From positions 33,930-97,929 of the forward strand of contig JBGATF010000025.1 of the NCBI GenBank assembly GCA_044229355.1: a DNA stretch of 64,000 bases, in the 5' to 3' direction. The notes beneath the pieces were generated by a model. The model was not told the DNA's origin. It did no database searches and saw nothing but the letters and a program-made list of their open reading frames with translations. How positions within the stretch are numbered: position 1 is the stretch's first letter; every line of letters begins with the position of its first letter. The DNA comes from Limisphaerales bacterium (GTDB lineage Bacteria > Verrucomicrobiota > Verrucomicrobiia > Limisphaerales > JADJPG01). Below are positions 1-10,044 of the stretch, one piece after another. The position numbers and the translations under genes are program-made.

Positions 1-65
1 CTTTTCCTTGCCTGACCGTGGACCGGCTGATCATTCTTGGCCCCGCTTTAACATCCAGCCTCGTC

Positions 66-1376
66 ATGAACGCCCCCCTCACCTTTCGCCAGCCGCTTTG
101 GTTGGCTCCGCTCGCGCTCGTCACCCTGACGGCGCTCAAGTCGATCCCGGCGCAAGCCGCGGAGTGGCCGCAATACCGCGGACCGCAGGGCAACGGCATC
201 ACCGCCGAGAAGATCTCGACGCGCTGGCCGGCGGAAGGGCCGAAGGCGTTGTGGCGGGTGCCGACGCCCACCGGCTTCAGCTCATTTGCGGTGGCGGACG
301 GCCGGGCGTTCACGTTGATCGCCCGCGAGGTCGAGGGCGTGCTGAACGAGGTCTGCGTCGCCCTCGACGCGTCCTCCGGCAAGGAGGTCTGGGCGAAGCC
401 GCTGGGCTTCGCGAAGTTCGATCGCGGGGGCGACTCGGGGGCCGCGGGCAACAACGGCGGGGATGGTCCACGGTCCACTCCCACGGTCGAAAGCAACCGG
501 GTCTATGTGCTCAATGGCGCGCTGGTCCTGAGCTGCCTCAAGGCCGAGTCCGGCCAGCTGCTCTGGAAGAAGGATCTGGTTCGCGAATTCGGCGCGCGCA
601 ACATCTCCTGGCAAAATGCGGCGTCGCCCCTGCTCGATGGCAATCTGCTCTTCGTCTGCGGCGGAGGCGCCGGCCAGGCCCTGCTCTGCTTTCACAAGAT
701 CACCGGCGGCCTCGTCTGGAAGGCGGAGAGCGATAAAATGACCCACGCCACCCCGATCGCCGCCACCCTCCAAGGCCATCGGCAGATCGTCTTCTTCACC
801 CAGTCCGGCCTCGTCTCCGTCGTGCCCGGCACCGGCGCCGTCCTTTGGCGCCACCCGTTTCCGTTCCGCACCTCCACGGCCGCCTCCCCGGTCGTCGGCG
901 GCGACATCGTCTATTGCTCCGCCGGCTACGGCGTCGGCGCGGGCGCCGTTCGCGTCGGGTTCGATGGCTCTCGCTGGTCCGTGACCGAGCTCTGGCGCAA
1001 GCCGAACGATCTGATGAACCATTGGAGCACGTCGGTCTACAAGGACGGCCATCTTTACGGCCTCTTCGGGTTCAAGGACTACGAGCAGGTGCCGCTGAAG
1101 TGCATCGATCTGGCGACCGGCGACGAGAAATGGTCGAAGGGCGGCTTTGGCCAGGGTGGCACCATTCTCGTGGACGGCAACGTGCTCGCCCTGGCCGAAA
1201 ATGGCGAGCTGGTGCTCGTCGAGGGAAACCCGGCCGGCTACCACGAGCTGGCTCGCACCAAGGCGGTCACGGGCAAGTGCTGGAACAACGCCGCCGTCGC
1301 GGAGGGCCGGGTCTACGCCCGCAGCACCAAGGAAGGCGCCTGTTTCGACCTCACGGTGAAATCAGCCGCGCCCTGA
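66..1376 (+). CDS. Secreted PQQ-like (BamB-type) beta-propeller repeat protein
   Basis: ORF 18..1376. The first ATG at 66 gives a signal peptide (LWLAPLALVTLTALKSIPAQA). Repeated propeller-blade motifs follow (WPQYRGPQGNG, RVYVLNGALV, GDIVYCSAGYG, GHLYGLFG, GRVYARS). Confidence 0.8.
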   Translation: MNAPLTFRQPLWLAPLALVTLTALKSIPAQAAEWPQYRGPQGNGITAEKISTRWPAEGPKALWRVPTPTGFSSFAVADGRAFTLIAREVEGVLNEVCVALDASSGKEVWAKPLGFAKFDRGGDSGAAGNNGGDGPRSTPTVESNRVYVLNGALVLSCLKAESGQLLWKKDLVREFGARNISWQNAASPLLDGNLLFVCGGGAGQALLCFHKITGGLVWKAESDKMTHATPIAATLQGHRQIVFFTQSGLVSVVPGTGAVLWRHPFPFRTSTAASPVVGGDIVYCSAGYGVGAGAVRVGFDGSRWSVTELWRKPNDLMNHWSTSVYKDGHLYGLFGFKDYEQVPLKCIDLATGDEKWSKGGFGQGGTILVDGNVLALAENGELVLVEGNPAGYHELARTKAVTGKCWNNAAVAEGRVYARSTKEGACFDLTVKSAAP

Positions 1377-1432
1377 CCCTGCCCCTGACCGCGGTCTTGC
1401 TTAGTGGCACGGGGAACCGGTTACATTTCGGC

Positions 1433-2176
1433 GTGGCCGACACCCTGGTCGTTAATGAGATCTACCTGAGCCTGCAAGGCGAGAGCACGTTTGCAGGGTT
1501 GCCCTGCATCTTTGTCCGCCTCACGGCCTGCAACCTGCGCTGCTCGTACTGCGACACGGCCTACGCCTTCACCGAAGGCCGCCGACAAGCATTCCCCGAA
1601 ATCCTGAGCCAGGTCCAGGCCCTGGCCGGGCGCTACCAGGCCACGCCCCAGGCCGCGTCCGCGGGCCGTCTGCCGCTGATCGAGTTCACCGGTGGTGAGC
1701 CGCTCCTCCAGCCAGGCGCCGCCCCGCTCATGCACCAACTCTGTGAGCTCGGGTTCACCGTCCTCGTGGAGACCAGCGGCGCGCTCGACATTTCCACGCT
1801 GGACCCGCGCGTCCGGCGCATCATGGACCTGAAATGCCCCAGCAGTGGTGAGGTCGGCCGCAACCGGTGGGAAAACCTGCCGCACTTGCGCGACACCGAC
1901 GAGGTCAAGTTTGTGATCGGCACGGTGGAAGATTACGAGTGGGCCCGGCTCCAGCTCCAAACCCACCGTCTGGCCGAGCGATGCCCCGTCCTGTTCTCCT
2001 GGGTTGCTCCGCTCTCCCGCGAACAACAGCATCCGGCCCTGCAACCCGTCCCGGCCGGGCAGACCGCGCTTTCCCGGCGGGACCTCGTCGAACGCATCAT
2101 CGCCGACGCGTTGCCCGTGCGGTTTCAATTGCAGATGCACAAGGTCATCTGGGCGCCGGACCAGCGCGGCGTGTGA
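1433..2176 (+). CDS. queE: 7-carboxy-7-deazaguanine synthase (radical SAM, queuosine pathway)
   Basis: In-frame GTG at 1433 within ORF 845..2176. N-terminus VNEIYLSLQGEST and radical-SAM cluster motif CNLRCSYCDT. The upstream part of the ORF overlaps the previous gene and is Arg-rich noise. Confidence 0.85.
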   Translation: MADTLVVNEIYLSLQGESTFAGLPCIFVRLTACNLRCSYCDTAYAFTEGRRQAFPEILSQVQALAGRYQATPQAASAGRLPLIEFTGGEPLLQPGAAPLMHQLCELGFTVLVETSGALDISTLDPRVRRIMDLKCPSSGEVGRNRWENLPHLRDTDEVKFVIGTVEDYEWARLQLQTHRLAERCPVLFSWVAPLSREQQHPALQPVPAGQTALSRRDLVERIIADALPVRFQLQMHKVIWAPDQRGV

Positions 2177-2207
2177 TCGATCCCGCGACCGGCAACCCCA
2201 CCCAGGC

Positions 2208-3536
2208 ATGAAGGCCACCGACCGACCCCAGACCCGGCGCGTGCTGGATCGGCTCCGGCGTTTCGAATCCCGCAACGTCACGGCCATGGCCGCCGACGGC
2301 TCGTGGCCCATCGTGTGGGAGCGCGCGCGCGGCGGCCACGTGTGGGACGCCGACGGACGGCGCTACCTGGACTTGACCGCGGCGTTCGGCGTCGCGGCGG
2401 CCGGCCACGGTAACCCGGCCGTCGTTCGCGCCGGGCAGCGCCAGATGGCCCGGCTCGCGCACGCGATGGGCGATGTTCATCCACATCCGCTCAAGGGCGA
2501 GCTGGCACGCGAGCTCAGCCGGTTGACCTACGGCCGCTGGCAGCCGGGCGGCACCGGCAAATGCCTCTTCGCCAACTCGGGCTTTGAAGCGGTCGAAGCG
2601 GCCCTGAAAACGGCGCGGCTGGCCACGGGACGGCCCGGGGTTATCGCGTTCGCCGGCGGGTATCACGGCCTGGGCTACGGCGCGCTGAACGTGACGCACC
2701 GGGATCATTTTCGGCGGGACTTTCGCAACCAGCTTCGCGAGTTCGGGCACTTCGTTCCCTTCCCGACCCGCTCCGGGGAACTGCCGCCAACATTGAACGC
2801 CGTGCGCCGGGCGCTCCGCCGCGGAGATGTCGGCGCGGTTCTGATCGAACCGATCCAGGCCCGGGGCGGAATTCGCGTGCCCGCAAACGGATTTTTGCCC
2901 GAGCTGCAGCACCTGTGTCGTCGTCACGACGCGCTGCTCATCCTGGACGAGATCTACACGGGGTTCGGCCGAACCGGCCGCTGGTTTGCCTGTGAGCACA
3001 GCGGCGTCGTCCCGGACCTCATCTGCCTGGGCAAGGCGCTGACGGGCGGGTTCCCGTTGTCCGCGTGCGTCGGTCGCGCCGACGTCATGGACGCGTGGCC
3101 GGTCTCAACGGGGGAAGCCATTCACACGAGCACGTTTCTCGGGCACCCGGTCGGGTGCGCCATGGCCCTGGCCCAGATCGCCGAGATCCGACGGCTGGAC
3201 CTCCCGCGGTGCAGCGCGAGGCTCGGTCGCCGACTGTTGAGCGCCCTGGCGGAAGTGCGCGCGCCCGGGCTGGAGATCGAAGCGCGCGGCGTGGGATTGA
3301 TGGCCGGGCTGGCCTTCATGGAGTCGCCTCCGCACGGCGGTCGCATCCGATCGCCTCGCCCGGCCACGGAGACCGTCTGGGGATTGGTGACCGCGCTCCT
3401 GGACCAGGGCTTCATCTTTTTGCCGGAAGGAGAGCATGGCGAGGTGCTGGCCTGGACGCCACCGCTGACCATCGCCGAACCGCAACTGCTCGCCAGCGTC
3501 CGGGCGGTTACGGCATTGCTCGGGAGGAGACAGTGA
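2208..3536 (+). CDS. Class-III (acetylornithine/GABA-type) PLP-dependent aminotransferase
   Basis: ATG at 2208 within ORF 2004..3536. Motifs: GHVWDADGRRYLDLTAAFGVAAAGHGNP, LILDEIYTGFGRTGRWFA, ICLGKALTGGFPLS (PLP-Lys region). Confidence 0.85.
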   Translation: MKATDRPQTRRVLDRLRRFESRNVTAMAADGSWPIVWERARGGHVWDADGRRYLDLTAAFGVAAAGHGNPAVVRAGQRQMARLAHAMGDVHPHPLKGELARELSRLTYGRWQPGGTGKCLFANSGFEAVEAALKTARLATGRPGVIAFAGGYHGLGYGALNVTHRDHFRRDFRNQLREFGHFVPFPTRSGELPPTLNAVRRALRRGDVGAVLIEPIQARGGIRVPANGFLPELQHLCRRHDALLILDEIYTGFGRTGRWFACEHSGVVPDLICLGKALTGGFPLSACVGRADVMDAWPVSTGEAIHTSTFLGHPVGCAMALAQIAEIRRLDLPRCSARLGRRLLSALAEVRAPGLEIEARGVGLMAGLAFMESPPHGGRIRSPRPATETVWGLVTALLDQGFIFLPEGEHGEVLAWTPPLTIAEPQLLASVRAVTALLGRRQ

Positions 3537-4387
3537 CGCTGACCGAGATGCGGCGGTTGCTGGAGACGGGCGGCATTCAACTGACGCGTTCGCTGGGCCA
3601 GAATTTTTTGCATGACGGCAATCAGCTGCGACGAATCGTCGAGCTGGCGGAGGTTCGGCCTGGGGATCGGGTCTTGGAGATCGGCCCTGGGCTTGGCCCG
3701 TTGACGGAACAATTGCTGGCGGCGGGCGCGGAAGTTTGGGCCATCGAAAAGGACGCCCGCTTGGTGCCGATTTTGCAGGAACGTTTTGCGCGGGAGTTGG
3801 CGCAGGCCGAACCGCCGGGACGCCTCAAGCTCGATCTGGCGGACGCGCTCGCCGTGGTCGAGGAGCGGCGCGAATGGGCGGGCTGGGCCCTCGTGGCCAA
3901 CCTGCCGTATTCGGTGGCGTCGCCCATTCTGGTGGAACTGGCCCAGGCGGACCACCCGCCGGAACGGCTCGTGGCCACGCTGCAATTGGAGGTGGCGCAG
4001 CGACTCATGGCCGCCGCGGGCAGCGATGCCTATGGCATCCTGACGTTGCTCGTGCAGCTGCGCTACCGGCCCGTGTCCCTGTTTCGGGTGCCCGCGACCT
4101 GCTTTTTTCCGGCCCCGGACGTGGAATCCGGCTGTCTTCGGCTGGATCGCCGCGCGCAGGAGCTGCTGCGACCCGAGCTGCGCCGGGTGTTCTACCGGGT
4201 GGTCAAGCGGGCGTTTTCCCAACGGCGGAAGATGATGCTGAAACTGTTGCGGGGGGACTGGCCCGCCCCGGAGCTGGAACGGGCGTTTGCTGACGCGGGA
4301 GTCCCGTCGACGACACGGGCGGAGGCGGTGAGCCTGGAACAATTTGTTCGACTGACGGAAGTCCTGGCGGCAACGTCGGCGGCATGA
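3533..4387 (+). CDS. rsmA: 16S rRNA (adenine1518/1519-N6)-dimethyltransferase
   Basis: GTG at 3533 overlaps the upstream stop (GTGA) and is preceded by GGGAGGAGA. An ATG at 3548 is the alternative start. Motifs: LGQNFLHD, VLEIGPGLGPLT, ANLPYSVASPIL. Confidence 0.85.
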   Translation: MTLTEMRRLLETGGIQLTRSLGQNFLHDGNQLRRIVELAEVRPGDRVLEIGPGLGPLTEQLLAAGAEVWAIEKDARLVPILQERFARELAQAEPPGRLKLDLADALAVVEERREWAGWALVANLPYSVASPILVELAQADHPPERLVATLQLEVAQRLMAAAGSDAYGILTLLVQLRYRPVSLFRVPATCFFPAPDVESGCLRLDRRAQELLRPELRRVFYRVVKRAFSQRRKMMLKLLRGDWPAPELERAFADAGVPSTTRAEAVSLEQFVRLTEVLAATSAA

Positions 4388-4896
4388 GCGAGGAAATCTT
4401 CGACGTCGTGGATGAGCGGGACCACGTGGTGGGCCACGCGCCGCGCGGCGAAGTGCATCGTCTCGGCCTGAAGCATCGGGCCGTTCACGTGTTGGTCTAC
4501 GACCTTGCCGGCCGGATCTTCCTGCAGAAACGGTCCATGAAAAAGGACTGCTTTCCCGGGGCGTGGGATTCCTCGGCTTCCGGGCACCTGGATCGGGGCG
4601 AGTCCTACGAAGCCTGCGCCATGCGGGAGGTTTGGGAAGAGATCGGCGTGAAGCTGGATCGGCGTCCGGAGCCCTTGTTCAAGCTCGACGCGTGTCCGGA
4701 GACCGGCCAGGAGTTCTGCTGGATCTACCGGACGAACCATGAGGGGCCGTTCCAATTGCATCCGGACGAGATCGAGCGCGGCGACTGGTTTTCCGTCGCG
4801 GAGGTCGACCGCTGGGTGGCGGAGAAGCCCGGGGAGTTTGCCGCGGCCTTCCTGGCCATTTGGCGCCGGCTCGGGCGGGGCGGATCTCCGGGGTAG
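4384..4896 (+). CDS. NUDIX hydrolase
   Basis: ATGA overlap with rsmA. Nudix box: GHLDRGESYEACAMREVWEEIGV. Confidence 0.85.
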   Translation: MSEEIFDVVDERDHVVGHAPRGEVHRLGLKHRAVHVLVYDLAGRIFLQKRSMKKDCFPGAWDSSASGHLDRGESYEACAMREVWEEIGVKLDRRPEPLFKLDACPETGQEFCWIYRTNHEGPFQLHPDEIERGDWFSVAEVDRWVAEKPGEFAAAFLAIWRRLGRGGSPG

Positions 4897-4959
4897 CGCA
4901 CTGGCCGCCAAGATGATAGACTTCCGGCCGCTCTACGATGACGTTTCGAAACCGACCCA

Positions 4960-6420
4960 ATGTCGAGTGAAACTCAGGTCAACACGTTGCCCGGGCCCGC
5001 TGGCGCCAGCGAGCGCGCCTCGCGCGCCCGTCCCATGAAATCGTCGCGGTGGCCGCTCTGGCGCCAGCTGAAGGATCTCCTGGAGGAAACAGCGCCCGCG
5101 CCGGAGCAATTATCCTTCCGGCTCAAAACGGTCGAGCGCGACGTCATTCTTCCCGTCAAGGGCGTCTTCGTCCTCATCCTCCTCTACAATCTTTACTTCT
5201 CGCGCTGGTTTGAGGATGTCTCGCTCCCCCAATCCGTCGCCCAGCAGCTGATCGAACGGTTCTTCCTGATTTACCTTCTGGTTACCGTCGTGGTTGCGGC
5301 CGTCCTCCTGTTCGGCCGCAAGCTGCCCGGCTCGATGATCCAGCGGGTCATCTTCACCTCCAGCTTCCTGGACGGGCTGTTTGTCGCCACGTTGGCCTAC
5401 GTGACCGGCGGGTTTGCCAGCATCGTTTACTGGCTCTTCCTCGGCCTCATTGCCCGCAACGCCCTGAGCTGCCCGCTGGCCGCCCCGCAGCTCATCCTGA
5501 ATTTCTCCGTCAGCCTCTGCTACCTCGGCGCCGGTCTGCTGGACGTCATCATCACCGACAGCAGCCGCGACTTCGCCGAGCCGGTGCCCGGGGTCGACAC
5601 AACGCCCGAGCCGTTTGTGCTCCGGCTGATCGTCCTTTGGATGACGACGATCTGCTGTTACGGCGTGCAGGTGCTGTTCGAGAAGCAGCGGCGCGCCGCC
5701 GAAGAGGCGCGCGAGTTCGCGGTGCGCCAGGAACAGTTGCGCTCGGCCGGACATCTCGCCGCCAAGATCGCGCACCAGATCAAGAATCCGCTCGGCATCA
5801 TCAACAACGCCGCGTATTCCCTGCAGCGCTCGCTCCAGGAAGGCAAGCCGGTCAACCCCCAGCAAATTGAGATCATCCGGGAGGAGATCACGCGCGCCGA
5901 CAACACCATCACCAAACTCATGGGCTATGCCCAGCTCGCCGAAGGCAAGGTCGAGCGCCTCGCCGTCACCGAAGAGGTCGACCGCGCCATCGATCTCGCC
6001 CTCCCGCCCGCCGCCAAATACCCCGTCACCGTCATCCGCGACTACGCCCCCACCCTGCCCGTGCTCATGATGCAGCGCGGCCACCTCTCCGAGGTGCTCG
6101 TCAACCTCATCCAAAACGCCCGCGAAGCCATGGTCGGCGGACGTGGCACCATCAAGATCGCCGTCCAATCCGGCGAAGGCCAGACCGTCATCATCACGGT
6201 GGCCGACGACGGCCCCGGCATCTCCAAAACGCGGCTCGACAAAATCTTCCAGGCCTATTTCACCACCAAGGAAAAAGGGACCGGCCTCGGGCTCGCCATC
6301 GTCAAGCACAACACCGAGCTCTATAACGGAACCGTCCACGTCGAATCCGAGCTCGGCAAGGGCACCAAGTTCACCCTCACCTTCCCCACCCGCACCATCC
6401 GGACCCAATCCCCGTCATGA
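4960..6420 (+). CDS. Membrane sensor histidine kinase (NtrB/AtoS-like)
   Basis: About 5 N-terminal TM helices. H-box HLAAKIAHQIKNPLGII, N-box LVNLIQNAREA, G-boxes DDGPGI and GTGLGLAIV. Confidence 0.85.
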   Translation: MSSETQVNTLPGPAGASERASRARPMKSSRWPLWRQLKDLLEETAPAPEQLSFRLKTVERDVILPVKGVFVLILLYNLYFSRWFEDVSLPQSVAQQLIERFFLIYLLVTVVVAAVLLFGRKLPGSMIQRVIFTSSFLDGLFVATLAYVTGGFASIVYWLFLGLIARNALSCPLAAPQLILNFSVSLCYLGAGLLDVIITDSSRDFAEPVPGVDTTPEPFVLRLIVLWMTTICCYGVQVLFEKQRRAAEEAREFAVRQEQLRSAGHLAAKIAHQIKNPLGIINNAAYSLQRSLQEGKPVNPQQIEIIREEITRADNTITKLMGYAQLAEGKVERLAVTEEVDRAIDLALPPAAKYPVTVIRDYAPTLPVLMMQRGHLSEVLVNLIQNAREAMVGGRGTIKIAVQSGEGQTVIITVADDGPGISKTRLDKIFQAYFTTKEKGTGLGLAIVKHNTELYNGTVHVESELGKGTKFTLTFPTRTIRTQSPS

Positions 6421-7838
6421 GCGCGGCCCTTCCCCCCGTCCTCGTCATCGATGACGAAAAAAACATGCGTCTGTCCCTCCAAACGATGCTGGAGGACGAA
6501 GGCTACGCCGCCAAAGCCGTGGACAGCGCGGAGCAGGGGCTGGCCCTGGTCGCCCGCGAGCCGTTCTTCATGGTCATCACAGACGCGCACCTCAACGGGA
6601 TGAGCGGCTACGATCTGCTTTCGCGCCTGCGCCAGTCGCACCCGGAGCTGCCCGTGCTGATGATTACGGCCTACGCCACGCCCAAGCTGGCCGTCGAGGC
6701 CATCAAGGCCGGCGCCATTGATTACCTCGCCAAGCCGTTCGAGCCAGAGGAGCTGCTGCACGCGGTTTCGCGTTGCGCCGAACGGTTCAAGCTCCTCCAG
6801 GAAAACGCCCGCCTGCGCACCCAGGCCACCCAGGAGTTCGATGTCGATCAGATCATTGGCAGCTCGCCCAGGATGATCGAGCTGAAGACCCTCATCCGCA
6901 CCGTCGCCGTCGCCAACGCCACGGTCCTCGTCGTCGGCGAAAGCGGCGTCGGCAAGGAGCTCGTGGCCGGAGCCATCCACAGCCTGAGCCAGCGCCGCCT
7001 GAAGCCCTACGTGCGCATCAACTGCGCCGCCATCCCCGAAAACCTCCTCGAGAGCGAGCTGTTCGGCCATGAAAAGGGGTCCTTCACCGGCGCCTTGAAA
7101 CAAAAGCTCGGCCGCGTCGAGGAGGCCGACGGCGGCACCATGTTCCTCGACGAGATCGGCGACATGAGCCGTCCGCTGCAGGCCAAGCTGCTGCGGTTCC
7201 TCGAGGACGGCACGTTCAGCCGCGTCGGCGGCAACGAGGAGCTGAAGGTCGACGTCCGGCTGATCGCCGCCACCAACCGGGACATCATCGACGCCATCCG
7301 CCAGAACCAATTTCGCGAGGACCTCTTCCACCGCCTCAACGTGGTTCAGCTCCGGCCGCCGCCGCTCCGGGAACGGGGCAAGGACGTGCTCGCGTTGGGG
7401 GACTTCTTTCTCCGGCAGTTCAACGCCGCCATGGGCAAGCAGATCCTGCGCTTCTCCCCCGCCGCCCAGCAGAAGCTGCTCAGCCACCACTGGCCAGGCA
7501 ACGTCCGCGAGCTGCGCAATGTCGTCGAACGCGCCGTCATCCTCGAGAACTCCAACGAGATCCACCCGGCCAACCTCCCCGAGTTCCACCTCGAAACCCG
7601 GCTGCGCAAGGGCGAGCTCCCCATCGTTCCTACCGACCGCTCCATCGACGATGTCATGGCCGGATTTGAGCGTGAATTTATCCTCAACACGCTGGCCCAA
7701 AACCGCTATAACCTGACCCGGACGGCTGAACAGCTGAAGATCAGCCGCCACGCACTGCGCTACCGAATGCAACGGCTCAACATCCAGACCGACGCTGACG
7801 AGGAAGGGACGCCTGCGTCCAGCCGCGAGACATCATGA
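6417..7838 (+). CDS. Sigma-54-dependent response regulator (NtrC family: REC + AAA+ + Fis-type HTH)
   Basis: ATGA overlap with the kinase gene. REC domain (VLVIDDE...DAHLNGMSG), Walker A GESGVGKE, GAFTGA-like motif GSFTGA, C-terminal HTH (NLTRTAEQLKISRHALRYRM). Confidence 0.9.
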   Translation: MSAALPPVLVIDDEKNMRLSLQTMLEDEGYAAKAVDSAEQGLALVAREPFFMVITDAHLNGMSGYDLLSRLRQSHPELPVLMITAYATPKLAVEAIKAGAIDYLAKPFEPEELLHAVSRCAERFKLLQENARLRTQATQEFDVDQIIGSSPRMIELKTLIRTVAVANATVLVVGESGVGKELVAGAIHSLSQRRLKPYVRINCAAIPENLLESELFGHEKGSFTGALKQKLGRVEEADGGTMFLDEIGDMSRPLQAKLLRFLEDGTFSRVGGNEELKVDVRLIAATNRDIIDAIRQNQFREDLFHRLNVVQLRPPPLRERGKDVLALGDFFLRQFNAAMGKQILRFSPAAQQKLLSHHWPGNVRELRNVVERAVILENSNEIHPANLPEFHLETRLRKGELPIVPTDRSIDDVMAGFEREFILNTLAQNRYNLTRTAEQLKISRHALRYRMQRLNIQTDADEEGTPASSRETS

Positions 7839-8281
7839 ACCCCACCCTCACCCTTCTCCTGGCTCAGACCCAGCCAGCGGACGCCCTCACCGACACCCTG
7901 AAAAACGCCCGGCGCACCGGCAACCCGGAGCTGCTGGTGATCCTCGCCTGCGTGGCCGGCCTGGCTCTCGTCCTCCTCGTTTGGGCCGTCTTCTTCCGCC
8001 GACGCCCCAAAACCACCCGCGGCTCCCTCGTCGTCGAAAAGCGCCGGAAAGGCTCCGAAGCCACCGACAAAGACTCCGAACGCAAACGCCGGCGCCGGTC
8101 GGAACACGGACAACGCTGGGGCCGTAATCCGACTCTGGCGGAAACCGGCGGTCTCCCCCCGCCCCGGGCCGAAGATACCTCCCGGGGCGATGAACCGATC
8201 GTCGAAACGCAAACGGCCTCCACCCACCAGGTCAACGCGGCCCCCGAACCCGAACGGCCCCGCATCATCCGCCCGAGCTAA
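7835..8281 (+). CDS. Small single-pass membrane protein with a highly basic tail (unknown function)
   Basis: ATGA overlap with the NtrC-like gene. Strong GC3 coding bias. One TM helix (LLVILACVAGLALVLLVWAVFF), then a Lys/Arg-rich region and the motif NPTLAETGGLPP. Confidence 0.5.
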   Translation: MNPTLTLLLAQTQPADALTDTLKNARRTGNPELLVILACVAGLALVLLVWAVFFRRRPKTTRGSLVVEKRRKGSEATDKDSERKRRRRSEHGQRWGRNPTLAETGGLPPPRAEDTSRGDEPIVETQTASTHQVNAAPEPERPRIIRPS

Positions 8282-8319
8282 ACCCGGCCCGACCGCCTAC
8301 CAGAACGGATTCTCCGCGC

Positions 8320-9189
8320 ATGGAACAAAGCGCGATCATCACCCGCAAAAGCGCCTCCAACCTCGCTCAGGCTTTCGTCATCCTGCCCAAGCCAAAGCGG
8401 GAAGCCATGACCGCCCTCTACGCGTTTTGTCGGGAGGTCGATGACGTCGCCGACGAAGAGTCGGTCCCCGTCGACGAACGCCGCCGACAACTCGCCGCGT
8501 GGCGCGAGGACATCGGCCGCGCCTGCCGCGGAGAAACGCCGGAGTTCGTCGTCAATCGCGAGTTCCAGCCCGTCATCCAGGCCCACCGCTTGCCCTTCAC
8601 CCTTTTCGACGAGCTGATCCGCGGCTGTGAAATGGATCTCGAGATCAAACGCTACGAGACCATGGCGGACCTGGAGCAATACTGCTACCGCGTCGCCTCG
8701 GTCGTCGGTCTGCTCAGCATCGAGATCTTTGGCTACCAAAACCCCGCCTGCCGCGACTACGCAGACTCCCTCGGCAAGGCGCTCCAGCTGACCAATATTC
8801 TCCGCGACGTCCGCACCGATGCCGAGCGCGGGCGCATCTATCTGCCCCTGGCCGACCTCGCCCGCTTCGGCGTGCGCGAGAGCGAGATCCTCGCCTTCGA
8901 ATACTCCGACCGGTTCCGACGCCTCGCTGTGCATGTCGCCGCTCGCGCGCGGGACTTCTATCAGCGCGCCCGCCAGACGCTTCCTCACGAAGATCGCCGG
9001 TCCATGCTTGTCGCCGAATTGATGGGCTCGGTCTATTGGCGCCTGCTGCGCAAGCTCGAAGGCCGGCACTTCAACGTGTTTGGTCCCCAACCCACCCGCC
9101 TCAGCAAGGCGCACAAGCTCCTCCTCATCGGCCGCGGCTGGTCCCGCGCCGTCTTCGGCGGGTTCGCCCCGAGTTACGGCCAGCCGTAA
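8320..9189 (+). CDS. Squalene/phytoene synthase family enzyme (HpnD/CrtB-like)
   Basis: First Asp-rich motif YAFCREVDDVADE. Further motifs: YCYRVASVVG, NILRDVRTDAERGRIYLP. Confidence 0.8.
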   Translation: MEQSAIITRKSASNLAQAFVILPKPKREAMTALYAFCREVDDVADEESVPVDERRRQLAAWREDIGRACRGETPEFVVNREFQPVIQAHRLPFTLFDELIRGCEMDLEIKRYETMADLEQYCYRVASVVGLLSIEIFGYQNPACRDYADSLGKALQLTNILRDVRTDAERGRIYLPLADLARFGVRESEILAFEYSDRFRRLAVHVAARARDFYQRARQTLPHEDRRSMLVAELMGSVYWRLLRKLEGRHFNVFGPQPTRLSKAHKLLLIGRGWSRAVFGGFAPSYGQP

Positions 9190-9220
9190 CCCGACACCCA
9201 CCGGGAACCCCCACGCCGCG

Positions 9221-10042
9221 GTGCCAACACGCCGTCTCATCGTCAACGCCGACGACTTCGGTCGATCCCCCGGCATCAACGCCGCCGTCGTTCGCTCGCA
9301 CGTCGACGGCATCCTCACCACCGCGAGCCTCATGGTCAACGAGCCGGCCTGCGCCGAGGCCGTCGCCCTCGCCCGGGATCACCCGCGCCTCGGCGTGGGC
9401 CTGCACCTCGCCCTGCTCTGCGGCCGATCCGCGCTCGGTCCCGGCCGCATCCCCGGCCTCGTCAACGACCGCGGCGAGTTCAGCTCGAATCCCGCCGGCA
9501 CCGGCATTCGTTACTTTGCGCGCCGCGGCCTCCGAGCGCAGCTCCGCGATGAACTCCACGCCCAGTTCGACCGGTTCCAGCAAACCGGCCTGCCCATGGA
9601 CCACGTCAATGGCCACCTCCACATGCACCTCCACCCGGTCGTCTTCGACCTCCTCATGGAGCACGCCGCCGAGTGGGGCATCCAACGCCTCCGCCTGACG
9701 CGCGAACCGTTCCGTCTCGACGCGCGTCTTTCCTCGGGCCACTGGCTCTACCGCATCAGCCACGCGACGATCTACCAAGCCTTGTCGCGCCGCGCCGCCC
9801 CGGCCCTGCAAGCGCGCCGCATCCACCACACCCGGCACGTCTTCGGCCTGCTGCAAAATGCGCGCGTCACCGAGGCGTACCTGCTGAAGCTGCTGCCCGC
9901 ATTGCCCCCGGGCGATTCCGAGCTTTACTCCCACCCGTCCGTCGATGAGTTTCCGCACGAACTGGCCGCGTTCGTCAGCCCGCGCGTCAAGGCGCTGGCC
10001 GACGAGCTCGGCGTGCAACGCATCCGCTACGCCGACCTGTAA
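9221..10042 (+). CDS. YdjC-type carbohydrate deacetylase (ChbG/HpnK family)
   Basis: In-frame GTG at 9221 within ORF 9080..10042. N-terminus LIVNADDFGRSPGINAAV, then NGHLHMHLHP. Confidence 0.75.
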   Translation: MPTRRLIVNADDFGRSPGINAAVVRSHVDGILTTASLMVNEPACAEAVALARDHPRLGVGLHLALLCGRSALGPGRIPGLVNDRGEFSSNPAGTGIRYFARRGLRAQLRDELHAQFDRFQQTGLPMDHVNGHLHMHLHPVVFDLLMEHAAEWGIQRLRLTREPFRLDARLSSGHWLYRISHATIYQALSRRAAPALQARRIHHTRHVFGLLQNARVTEAYLLKLLPALPPGDSELYSHPSVDEFPHELAAFVSPRVKALADELGVQRIRYADL

Positions 10043-10044
10043 CC

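Noticed and set aside
845-1432. N-terminal extensions of several ORFs in the track (845-1432 for queE, 2004-2207, 3065-3532, 9080-9220, 11324-11401, 15784-15951, 17841-17891, 18881-19030, 25622-25831, 52558-52800, 57369-57437, 58585-58791, 63279-63350).
   Set aside because: The extensions overlap the preceding gene or intergenic repeats, are compositionally junk-like, and precede an internal start codon that yields a proper signal peptide or family N-terminus.
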